From the UHGV virus genome UHGV-0088497: a DNA stretch of 27,542 nt. One strand, 5' to 3'. Source of the stretch: a virus. Position numbers and translations under genes: made by a program. Shown piece by piece: positions 1 to 6,968 of this stretch (within the stretch, counting starts at the first letter, position 1; each line of letters starts with the position of its first letter). Below the pieces are notes generated by a model. It worked only from the letters and a program-made list of their open reading frames with translations, searched no databases and was not told where the DNA came from.

Positions 1-33
1 AGGAAAACATGGTCAGGCAAAAGTGTAGCGGTA

Positions 34-213
34 TTAGGCGCAGCTATTTAGCACCTCATCAATCACATTCAACATATCAGCGAGAATGTAAGCTCTGTTC
101 CCGCCGTTAGAGTACTGGGTATCATGCTGCAGGTGTTCACGTATCTGGTGCAGGCGATCGACTGATACAGGACCGTTCGCCGGGTGGTTAGTTGTCATTG
201 AGCCTTTATTCAT
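34..213 (-). CDS. Hypothetical early-left protein (59 aa)
   Basis: This is the ORF-track frame 34..255. I start it at ATG 213, which has GAGG about 9 nt upstream and overlaps the upstream stop at 206 by 8 nt. No domain recognised. Confidence 0.5.
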   Translation of the reverse strand: MNKGSMTTNHPANGPVSVDRLHQIREHLQHDTQYSNGGNRAYILADMLNVIDEVLNSCA

Positions 214-463
214 TACTGTTGTCCTCGCAGCAGTAGTGGCGTCCTTCTGGGTCATCGGTTACAAATCCACACTCGCTACAGGTAAATTCATCTGGGGGAG
301 ATAAATCATCCTGACGGTTGTTATTACAAAAAGGATTACCATCACCGCCAGGCCACTCTTCAAGTTCGTCTTCACGCTGACAGTTCCGGCATAGGTCATT
401 GCCAGCCCACATATCCTCTTTGCATCGAGGGCAACGGTCTAAATCTTCATCTTTCACTGGCAT
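206..463 (-). CDS. Acidic Cys-rich zinc-ribbon-like protein (about 85 aa)
   Basis: The ORF-track frame 206..475 begins with TTG. ATG 463 or GTG 457 (behind AGGAGG at 470..465) is more plausible. Contains the motifs CPRC, CRNC and CSEC. Confidence 0.55.
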   Translation of the reverse strand: MPVKDEDLDRCPRCKEDMWAGNDLCRNCQREDELEEWPGGDGNPFCNNNRQDDLSPPDEFTCSECGFVTDDPEGRHYCCEDNSNE

Positions 464-570
464 CCCTCCTGGCAATCGTGGTTTTCTGGCTCATCGGCTT
501 TGTAATACCCGCCACAAACAGGGCAGATAACTAGCGGCGTCTCATCGTAATTTGAAGTTCCAGTAATCAT
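454..570 (-). CDS. Small zinc-ribbon-like protein (38 aa), missing from the ORF track
   Basis: Hand translation gives MITGTSNYDETPLVICPVCGGYYKADEPENHDCQEGCQ. Its ATG at 570 overlaps the TGA of the upstream gene (ATGA coupling). It has a CxxC...CxxxC pattern. Confidence 0.4.
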   Translation of the reverse strand: MITGTSNYDETPLVICPVCGGYYKADEPENHDCQEGCQ

Positions 571-821
571 TGTGCTGCTCCCTGTCTGGCTCTATTCAAT
601 AGCTGGTTAAACATCATGGTTAGGCTGTTACTGCACCCAAACGGCATATCGTTAACACGGTATGTTGGAATGCCCTTGCGAACACCTGACTTCACGATCC
701 GGCCTGTGCCATAGAGTTGCGATAATGCGCCAGCGACCGCGGGTGTCTTTTTGTTCATACCTTTGGCGATTTCACCGCTGGTGGTATTCGGATGAGCCTG
801 GAGATATTCAAATACGGTCAT
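567..821 (-). CDS. Small winged-helix DNA-binding protein, FaeA/PapI-like (84 aa)
   Basis: VFEYLQAHPNTTSGEIAKGM...LSQLYGTGRIV...TYRV matches the layout of PapI/FaeA-type wHTH regulators as I remember them. It sits in the ATGA-coupled chain. Confidence 0.6.
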   Translation of the reverse strand: MTVFEYLQAHPNTTSGEIAKGMNKKTPAVAGALSQLYGTGRIVKSGVRKGIPTYRVNDMPFGCSNSLTMMFNQLLNRARQGAAQ

Positions 822-985
822 GGCGTTTTACCTTTACGTTCCTGTTCCAGTTGCACCAGAGACTCTTTTAATGCTGCGAACGTAGCTTCCAGTCTGGTGG
901 CGACTTCGCGCATAAGCGGTGCATGCTTTGGTGGCAATTCAGCAACGGAGGCAAAAGCCTCAGCTACGAGTTCTTTTACCTTCAT
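818..985 (-). CDS. Hypothetical helical protein (55 aa), missing from the ORF track
   Basis: Hand translation gives MKVKELVAEAFASVAELPPKHAPLMREVATRLEATFAALKESLVQLEQERKGKTP. ATG 985 overlaps the TGA of the HD gene, and its own TGA (820..818) overlaps ATG 821 of the next gene. Confidence 0.45.
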   Translation of the reverse strand: MKVKELVAEAFASVAELPPKHAPLMREVATRLEATFAALKESLVQLEQERKGKTP

Positions 986-1521
986 GCGGCGCATTGGCGC
1001 AGCTCCACCAGTTCGTTAAAGCGATTCATGAACAGGCCATAGGCTTGACCAGGGCGGAGAGGGATTACCTGAACGAGATCAGAGCAGGGAATACCTTCGA
1101 GAATTTCCCACTTCGAACCATCATCGATTTCCATATCACGGCGCTCGGTGGCTAACATGGTTAGATCGGCATATTTCACGACAGCAGCTTGTTCAAGTGA
1201 GATACCGAATTTAAAGCGGATAAGACCATCAACATAAGTTTCCATGCGCTGATAGTCAGGCAGCAAGGCTTTGAGCGGGGCTGGAATATCCTGGCAATAT
1301 GCCTCCGCAGCGTCGTGCATCAGCGCTTCAAAGGCGAACTCTGGCGGCACAATCTGGCTTACAAGCACAGAGTGCTGGGCCACACTGTAGAACTCTGGCA
1401 GATGCCCAGCGAATCGACAGATGTTGGAAAGCGCCGTCGCGATATCCTCAACATCGATATCGTCGATTGTGGCGGTCAGGTAGTTAAATTTTTTACCGCA
1501 TAATGTCTGAATGTAGCTCAT
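982..1521 (-). CDS. yfdR: HD-domain 5'-nucleotidase/phosphohydrolase, YfdR-like
   Basis: It carries HD-family motifs (AQHSVLVS, LMHDAAEAYCQD). Its length and sequence closely recall E. coli K-12 CPS-53 prophage YfdR. I moved the start to ATG 1521, which has GGAGAAAACC upstream. Confidence 0.85.
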   Translation of the reverse strand: MSYIQTLCGKKFNYLTATIDDIDVEDIATALSNICRFAGHLPEFYSVAQHSVLVSQIVPPEFAFEALMHDAAEAYCQDIPAPLKALLPDYQRMETYVDGLIRFKFGISLEQAAVVKYADLTMLATERRDMEIDDGSKWEILEGIPCSDLVQVIPLRPGQAYGLFMNRFNELVELRQCAA

Positions 1522-1677
1522 GGTTTTCTCCATATTGGCGCGCTGCACCGCGCAGATTTTGTTTGCACGAATCCCTCGCCAAAAGGCGAATAAAAGTTTG
1601 GGTTTCGTTTCAGTAAATGCCCCATCTATAGGTATTTAGCGCAACGGGTTGCTCCATCGTTATTATGCTGTTGTGTT

Positions 1678-1712
1678 AAATAGCTACCAAGATAGGTAGT
1701 GAGTAGCTATTT
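1678..1712. repeat. Perfect 10-bp inverted repeat AAATAGCTAC-N15-GTAGCTATTT with a nested CTACC/GGTAG repeat
   Basis: Read directly from the sequence. It lies at the junction of the AT-rich membrane-gene module and the early-left operon leader. It could be an operator or an RNA hairpin. Confidence 0.6.
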
Positions 1713-1773
1713 AACTACAGCAATGATTAGAGTAATCTGGATATCCTAATGTCTTTATTTTTAAGGTTTTTTT

Positions 1774-2259
1774 GTGGCTAGTGAAAAAAAATTAAAAATT
1801 CCATTCGATACCAACAAAAACTATTACAGTGGAATTCGTGGTGTTTTGAGCGGTATTGTTTGCTCTATGATCGGTGTTTATATTACCGGGCTATTTAGCG
1901 GAGCTATTAGTGTTGCTCAGATTTTTGAAATGCCAATAGTTATCATCAGTGCTTGGGTCGCTTTGTGTGCTTCTTTGTGGGCGATATCATATAAATTTGA
2001 AGATAGGGTTATATGCACATTTGGTCGTAATTGGGATTGTCCTAGAACAGCGAACTTTTTTTTATTTTTGCTTTACATAATGATAGGTGTCTTTTGTTCA
2101 CTTATATTCGAGGCCTTTCTGAAGGGGGGGGCCTCCCGCTCCTTATATGTTTCAATGGCGGGCTTTTTAGTTTTCTTACGACTTTTTTGTTTCTTCAGCA
2201 TTAAGAACTATGCTCAAATACAAAGCAAATCTGTTGATGAAACTAACCATGAAAAGTAA
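1774..2259 (+). CDS. AT-rich 4-TM membrane protein (161 aa), a moron in the immunity region and candidate superinfection-exclusion factor
   Basis: GTG start with AAGG upstream. Four hydrophobic segments: GVLSGIVCSMIGVYITGLF, PIVIISAWVALCASLWAI, FFLFLLYIMIGVFCSLIF, LYVSMAGFLVFLRLFCFF. It has its own terminator and runs opposite to all neighbouring genes. Confidence 0.7.
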   Translation: MASEKKLKIPFDTNKNYYSGIRGVLSGIVCSMIGVYITGLFSGAISVAQIFEMPIVIISAWVALCASLWAISYKFEDRVICTFGRNWDCPRTANFFLFLLYIMIGVFCSLIFEAFLKGGASRSLYVSMAGFLVFLRLFCFFSIKNYAQIQSKSVDETNHEK

Positions 2260-2294
2260 CCTGTATTAATAGGGTATCCAGATTGTTAAAGAGC

Positions 2295-2318
2295 GAAGCG
2301 TCCGATGGGCGCTTTTTT
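2295..2318 (+). terminator. Rho-independent terminator of the membrane moron
   Basis: Stem AAGCGTCC / GGGCGCTT (one G-U pair) with a short loop, followed by TTTTTT at 2313..2318. Confidence 0.7.
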
Positions 2319-2400
2319 GTTGCCTGCGAATCATCCGGTTATTCATATGCCACCGGCGGCTACTTCGTGGGCGTCCTGCCTGTTCGCTGTTGATGAATGA

Positions 2401-2429
2401 AATCTAACTTAACTTAGCTTTGAGATCAA
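2401..2429 (-). promoter_or_regulatory. Candidate pL promoter (TTGATC-17-TAGATT on the minus strand) overlapping the operator CTAACTTAACTTAG (2404..2417)
   Basis: The 14-bp CTAA-N6-TTAG palindrome has the same form as the two OR sites. The hexamers and the 17-nt spacing were read from the reverse complement. Confidence 0.5.
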
Positions 2430-2483
2430 GAAAAAACACCAAACCATTCTTAGCTTGATGTTAAGAGGAAGGTTAGAGGTGGG

Positions 2484-3110
2484 TTAAAGTTCGTACTGAA
2501 CGCCTTTGACAACTCCGATAATCAGGCAATTACCGTTTATTGAAATGTTTGGATAGCGTGGATTCAAGGGAACTAAGAACTTTTGAGGCCCATCGATGAC
2601 GAGTTTTTTTACAGTAGCCTCGCTTGTCCCATCAAGCCTGGCTACGACTATCTTTCCATTAAATGGCTCTGCATCAGGATCTACTATGACCGTTGCCCCT
2701 TCTGGGATTGTGGGGAGCCCATTAGGGTTTGTCATCGAATCACCTTTGACCTCCAATGCAAAGGAGCTATCACCTATCCTGAGTGATGTTTCTACCCACT
2801 TATCTACTTCACTGAAAACTTCTGCTGCTTTACATTCTGTAAACTGTCCAGCCTGAACCCAAGATATCACCGGAATCCTTCGCATCTTGGTTATCAGATT
2901 CCCTTCGAATTCAGTGCCATAAAGTATGTAATCAATTGATGTGTTGAAATACTTTGCAAGTTTCGCAAGTGACTCACCGCCTGGCACATTAATGTCTTTT
3001 TCCCAATACCCAACCGCCACATCGCTAACACCACAGAACTTACCCAGTTCTTTCTGCGAGGTTTTAGTTATGCGCCTGAGAGCTTTGATGCGCTGACCGA
3101 CAGTTTCCAT
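2484..3110 (-). CDS. cI: cI-type prophage repressor (XRE HTH plus S24 LexA-like autopeptidase)
   Basis: N-terminal HTH (SQKELGKFCGVSDVAVGYWEKD), an Ala-Gly site (VQAGQ), the GDSM serine motif and a downstream KKL lysine. I start it at ATG 3110 (METVGQ); the ORF-track start at 3143 is a TTG. Confidence 0.9.
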   Translation of the reverse strand: METVGQRIKALRRITKTSQKELGKFCGVSDVAVGYWEKDINVPGGESLAKLAKYFNTSIDYILYGTEFEGNLITKMRRIPVISWVQAGQFTECKAAEVFSEVDKWVETSLRIGDSSFALEVKGDSMTNPNGLPTIPEGATVIVDPDAEPFNGKIVVARLDGTSEATVKKLVIDGPQKFLVPLNPRYPNISINGNCLIIGVVKGVQYEL

Positions 3111-3135
3111 TTGAACACCATAAAAAATTAAAAGG

Positions 3136-3198
3136 CTAAGCAATCTTAGTTTTTATTGACCAAAGTTAGATTGGTTATTAATATCTAATCAAACTTAG
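3136..3198 (+). promoter_or_regulatory. OR region with two CTAA-N6-TTAG operators, one ACCAA-N7-TTGGT palindrome and PR
   Basis: Operators CTAAGCAATCTTAG (3136..3149) and CTAATCAAACTTAG (3185..3198). Palindrome ACCAA-N7-TTGGT (3159..3175). PR is TTGACC (3156..3161), a 17-nt spacer and TAATAT (3179..3184). The region lies between divergent cI and cro. Confidence 0.65.
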
Positions 3199-3211
3199 CT
3201 AAGGGGGCATT

Positions 3212-3439
3212 ATGACAACCGATGATATTGAAAACTACTTCGGCAGTACTGAGAAAGTTGCCGAGTTTTTTGGAATCACAAGCGAGGCCGTTTACCAGTG
3301 GCGTAATAGAACTGGTCGCCTAATCCCGAAAGGACGTGCAGCAGAAGCAGCCTATCGGACTGGGGGAAAATTGGTTTTCCATCCCGACCTTTACGAAAAG
3401 CGTAGCGATGCTTCAGTAAAACTCAAACCACAGGAATAA
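3212..3439 (+). CDS. cro: Cro/YdaS-like HTH regulator (75 aa)
   Basis: Divergent from cI, with an AAGGGGG RBS. The motif KVAEFFGITSEAVYQWRNR...IPKGRAAEAAYRTGGKL is typical of the Cro/YdaS family. Confidence 0.75.
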   Translation: MTTDDIENYFGSTEKVAEFFGITSEAVYQWRNRTGRLIPKGRAAEAAYRTGGKLVFHPDLYEKRSDASVKLKPQE

Positions 3440-3449
3440 GGGGGGAGCT

Positions 3450-4001
3450 GTGGGTAACGAACCTATTTGGAAAGTCGAACGTCAGCCAGCCTGGCTGGTG
3501 GCGGCGATAAAAAAAACGATCACCGATCTTCCTGGTGGTTATGCCGAGGCGGCGGAATGGTTGGGCGTGACAGAGAACGCATTGTTCAACCGCCTTCGTG
3601 TTGACGGCGACCAAATCTTCCCGCTGGGCTGGGCAATGGTTTTACAACGTGCTGGTGGTTCAACTCATATTGCTGATGCCGTTGCGCGCCATTCTCAGGG
3701 CGTATTTGTACCGCTGGCAGATGTCGATGATCTGGATAACGCCGATATCAACCAGCGCCTGATGGAGTCCATCGAATGGATAGGCCGTCATTCGAATTTT
3801 GTACGTAAAGCCACGGCTGATGGGGTAATTGACGCAGATGAGCGTGCTCAGATTGAGGAAAACAGCTATCAGGTTATCGCGAAGTTCCAGGAGCACGTAA
3901 CGCTTCTTTATCGAGTTTTTTGTGTCGCTGAAAAGAGTGACGCCCGCGAGTGTGCAGCTCCGGGCGCCTTGGCGAACAACTCTTCGAGTATGGAGAAATA
4001 A
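3450..4001 (+). CDS. cII-like regulatory protein (Phage_CP76-type, 183 aa)
   Basis: It occupies the position after cro. An HTH-like stretch (GGYAEAAEWLGVTENALFNRLR) resembles the CP76/CII family as I remember it. GTG start. Confidence 0.55.
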   Translation: MGNEPIWKVERQPAWLVAAIKKTITDLPGGYAEAAEWLGVTENALFNRLRVDGDQIFPLGWAMVLQRAGGSTHIADAVARHSQGVFVPLADVDDLDNADINQRLMESIEWIGRHSNFVRKATADGVIDADERAQIEENSYQVIAKFQEHVTLLYRVFCVAEKSDARECAAPGALANNSSSMEK

Positions 4002-4173
4002 TCCGCATGAGCAGTTTAACGGCTTTTAACCGTCTACCGCAACTCAGGATAATCCCGGTTTCGGGTACTCCGTTGTTTCGGTATGAACGCAGATTATCAA
4101 CCCGCTGGGTTCCGTGTAACCACAGTAGGGCGGTTTCAATTGTGGGGGTCTACAACCGGAGGGCAAAACGCCT

Positions 4174-4353
4174 GTGCGCGAACTTAACCGAAGGTTCAAA
4201 GACCACCGTGGAGTGCCAGTCCGTGTTATCCGCTGGGAGCCAGAAACACAGCGCGTTATCTATCTGCGTGATGGCTACCCGCACGAATGCTTCAGCCCAC
4301 TTGAGCATTTCAGGCAAAAATTCAGGGAGATAACGGACGATCATGAGCACTAA
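4174..4353 (+). CDS. Hypothetical protein (59 aa), missing from the ORF track
   Basis: Hand translation gives (V)AELNRRFKDHRGVPVRVIRWEPETQRVIYLRDGYPHECFSPLEHFRQKFREITDDHEH. GTG 4174 lies about 10 nt after GGAGGG. The stop overlaps the start of the O-like gene. It looks more protein-like than the overlapping 127-aa and antisense 66-aa track ORFs. Confidence 0.4.
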   Translation: MRELNRRFKDHRGVPVRVIRWEPETQRVIYLRDGYPHECFSPLEHFRQKFREITDDHEH

Positions 4354-5209
4354 ATTAACCGGCTACGTATGGGATGGTTGCGCGGCGTCGGGCATGAAGT
4401 TGTCTAGTGTCGCGATCATGGCTCGACTCGCTGATTTCAGCAGTGATGAGGGCGTATGCTGGCCGTCAATTGAAACTATTGCTCGCCAGCTTGGCGCAGG
4501 CCCGAGCACTATCAGAACGGCAATCGCAAAGCTTGAAAAAGATGGCTGGCTCACGCGTACACAGCGCCGTAATGGTAACCGTAATGCTTCGAACGTGTAC
4601 CGCCTGAATGTGGCGAAACTTCAGGCTGCCGCATTTTCTCAACTGTCAGATTCTGACACATCAAAATCTGACGCATCAAAATTTGACACCTCAAAAACTG
4701 ACCCGTCGAAATCCGGCAAAAACGGCGGTTTTGACCCGTCAGAATCTGGCGGGGATCCGTCAGTAAAATCAAAACAAGATCCACAAGTAACTTTAAAACC
4801 CTCTTGTCCGGTTGCGGCGCAACCCGACCCTGAGGTTGTGATTACTGATCAGGCCAGACAGGTTTTGTCTTACCTGAACCAGACAACTGGTTCACGCTAC
4901 CAGGTATGCAGCACGTCGCTGGAGAACATTCGCGCCCGTCTGCGGGAACAGTTCACTGTTGATGATCTGTGCCTTGTGGTGGATTACAAAAACGCTGATT
5001 GGCGTGATAGCGAGCAGGCTCAATACCTCCGCCCGGCAACTCTGTTTATTCCAAAAAACTTCCCCGGTTACCTGCAAAGCGCGACCAAATGGTCTGCCGC
5101 TGGGCGACCTGAACGCGTTAACGGTAAATGGGCGACTAACTCAGCCAGCCGCGCAAACTTCCAAAATGTTGACTATTCACTGCCAGAAAATTCGGGGTTC
5201 CGCTCTTGA
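4343..5209 (+). CDS. Replication initiator, lambda-O-like (N-terminal wHTH plus conserved phage C-terminal domain)
   Basis: N-terminal HTH (WPSIETIARQLGAGPSTIRTAIAKLEKDGWL). Internal iteron array. The C-terminal block (QVLSYLNQTTGSRY...DDLCLVVDYK...YLRPATLF) resembles the phage conserved C-terminal replication domain. Confidence 0.8.
   Translation: MSTKLTGYVWDGCAASGMKLSSVAIMARLADFSSDEGVCWPSIETIARQLGAGPSTIRTAIAKLEKDGWLTRTQRRNGNRNASNVYRLNVAKLQAAAFSQLSDSDTSKSDASKFDTSKTDPSKSGKNGGFDPSESGGDPSVKSKQDPQVTLKPSCPVAAQPDPEVVITDQARQVLSYLNQTTGSRYQVCSTSLENIRARLREQFTVDDLCLVVDYKNADWRDSEQAQYLRPATLFIPKNFPGYLQSATKWSAAGRPERVNGKWATNSASRANFQNVDYSLPENSGFRS
4652..4760 (+). repeat. Iteron array (candidate ori) inside the O-like gene
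   Basis: Four tandem 15-bp units: TCTGACACATCAAAA, TCTGACGCATCAAAA, TTTGACACCTCAAAA, ACTGACCCGTCGAAA. After a 19-bp gap comes TTTGACCCGTCAGAA and a degenerate copy. The array encodes the SK-rich linker SDTSKSDASKFDTSKTDPSKS. Confidence 0.65.
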
Positions 5210-6525
5210 TGCCAAATAAATATTGCCAGGCGCTGGCAGAACTGCGCAGTAAACCAGCTCACGAATTGAAAGAAGTTGGAGATCAGTGGAGGACACCTGA
5301 TCTGCTTTTCTGGGGGATCAACGCGTTATTTGGCCCATTAGTTCTGGACTTGTTTGCTGACGACGACAACGCGAAATGCCCGGCATGGTACACCGCCGAA
5401 GATAACGCGCTGACCCAGGACTGGTCTGAACGTCTGGCAAAACTGGGTGGTGCAGGTTATGGCAACCCACCGTATAGCCGTTCGCAGTACCACGAGAAAC
5501 AGGCGATCACTGGTATGACGCACATCATGAAGTACGCAGCAGCCCAGCGCGAGAAGGGCGGTCGCTATGTATTCCTGATAAAAGCCGCGCCAAGTGAAAC
5601 GTGGTGGCCGGAAGATGCCGATCACATTGTATTCATTCGCGGGCGCATTGGGTTCGATCTGCCTGTGTGGTTTGTACCTGCTGACGAAAAACAGAAGCCC
5701 ACCAGCGCGTTTTTTGCCGGTGCCATAGCTGTATTCGATAAGTCATGGCGTGGTGAGCGGTTCAGCTATATCAACCGTACCGAACTGGAGGCAAAAGGGC
5801 GGGCGTTTATGACTTTGGCGCAATTTGCTGCCAGCAAGTCTCAACCTGCAACTGCCACACCATCTGTAGCTGACAAGCCAGAAGCAGAGTTGCCACTTAC
5901 CCAGAAAGATATTTTTGATATCAGCGGTGTCGAGGCGTGGGCATGCGTTAGAGCTGCGTTCGGCGATAAAGAAGAATACACATTTAGTGAATCGAAGTTT
6001 GGGCATACCTGGGCGGCGGATTCTGTCGAAGCACCGGAATTCACTCAGGTATCACCATTAACGATCGACAAAGCGAAGCTGCTTATTCGTGAGAGTATTT
6101 TGTTCGGTGTGGATGAGTGGCTGTTGTCGATTGAATTCGATGACGCTGCTGCGCGCCTGGATATGTCGGAACGTATTCGTACTGTTGCCCTTGAAGCATC
6201 TGGTGAATATGGCATGAACAGTACTGATTTCATTGCAGCTATGGGAAGCCTGGATGTTTCCAGTTGGTCCAATATTCGCCAGATCCGCATGCACATCCGT
6301 GAGAAAACTAAACCAGTATCGGATCCGCTTCCCGAGTCCCGTATCTGGCCGCTGGAGGTTGGAATTGTATTCGACCAGGTAGACGGCGCTGACATGCTGG
6401 ATGAATCACAGCAGAACAAGCTGAAAGCCAACATCAATCAACTCTGGCTGGAACGAACGGCCACCAGCGAAATCATTACTGCTGCTTCTGAACTTGTTCG
6501 CAATATGCGGGGAGAGGCCGCGTGA
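5209..6525 (+). CDS. Phage Dam-type N6-adenine DNA methyltransferase fused to an uncharacterised C-terminal domain of about 220 aa
   Basis: The N-terminal third has QWRTPDLLF...LDLFADDDNAKCPAWYT...GYGNPPYS (NPPY catalytic motif), typical of the phage Dam family. I recognise no domain in residues about 215-438. ATG 5209 overlaps the upstream TGA. Confidence 0.8.
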   Translation: MPNKYCQALAELRSKPAHELKEVGDQWRTPDLLFWGINALFGPLVLDLFADDDNAKCPAWYTAEDNALTQDWSERLAKLGGAGYGNPPYSRSQYHEKQAITGMTHIMKYAAAQREKGGRYVFLIKAAPSETWWPEDADHIVFIRGRIGFDLPVWFVPADEKQKPTSAFFAGAIAVFDKSWRGERFSYINRTELEAKGRAFMTLAQFAASKSQPATATPSVADKPEAELPLTQKDIFDISGVEAWACVRAAFGDKEEYTFSESKFGHTWAADSVEAPEFTQVSPLTIDKAKLLIRESILFGVDEWLLSIEFDDAAARLDMSERIRTVALEASGEYGMNSTDFIAAMGSLDVSSWSNIRQIRMHIREKTKPVSDPLPESRIWPLEVGIVFDQVDGADMLDESQQNKLKANINQLWLERTATSEIITAASELVRNMRGEAA

Positions 6526-6968
6526 AACTGATCCTGCCTTTTCCTCCGAGCGTGAACACTTACTGGCGCGCCCCTAACAAGGGGCCGCTGGCCGGTCGTC
6601 ACCTCATTAGCGCTGATGGCCGTAAATACCAGAGCACTGCCTGCGTGGCGATCATTGAGCAATTACGACGTCTCCCGAAGCCATCGACCGAATTGGCAGC
6701 GGTAGAAATCACTCTGTACCCGCCGGATGCGCGCCGCAGGGATATCGATAATTACAACAAAGCCCTGTTTGACGCGCTGACGCATGCGGGTGTCTGGGAA
6801 GATGACAGCCAGATTAAGCGCATGCTGGTGGAATGGGGACCCGTTGTGCCGAAAGGTCGGGTAGAGATAACGATCAGCAGATATGAACCGGCGGGTGCAG
6901 CCGCCTTATATGGAGAAAAGTATGAGCCAGTTAATCGTGAATGGTGTAGTAACAATGTCCAGCCGTGA
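6522..6968 (+). CDS. rusA: RusA Holliday-junction resolvase
   Basis: Contains PPSVNTYWR and DIDNYNKALFDALTHAGVWEDDSQI. GTG 6522 overlaps the upstream stop (GTGA). The C-terminal tail overlaps the next gene. Confidence 0.85.
   Translation: MKLILPFPPSVNTYWRAPNKGPLAGRHLISADGRKYQSTACVAIIEQLRRLPKPSTELAAVEITLYPPDARRRDIDNYNKALFDALTHAGVWEDDSQIKRMLVEWGPVVPKGRVEITISRYEPAGAAALYGEKYEPVNREWCSNNVQP

Noticed and set aside
792-1155. Plus-strand ORFs 792..1019 and 919..1155, and 662..871
   Set aside because: They are antisense to the translationally coupled minus-strand operon. They have no RBS and an Arg/Ser/Cys-rich composition.
2266-2346. 26-codon Arg-rich minus-strand ORF (MNNRMIRRQQKSAHRTLRSL...) downstream of the putative pL, briefly considered as an N-like antiterminator ARM peptide
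   Set aside because: It is far too short for an N protein, has no RBS, and spans the terminator hairpin of the opposite-strand gene. Most likely fortuitous.
3950-4333. 127-aa plus-strand ORF, and the antisense 66-aa ORF at 4150..4350
   Set aside because: The composition is Ser/Arg/Cys-rich and there is no RBS. The ORF overlaps the cII-like gene end. A different frame (4174..4353) gives a more protein-like product coupled to the next gene.
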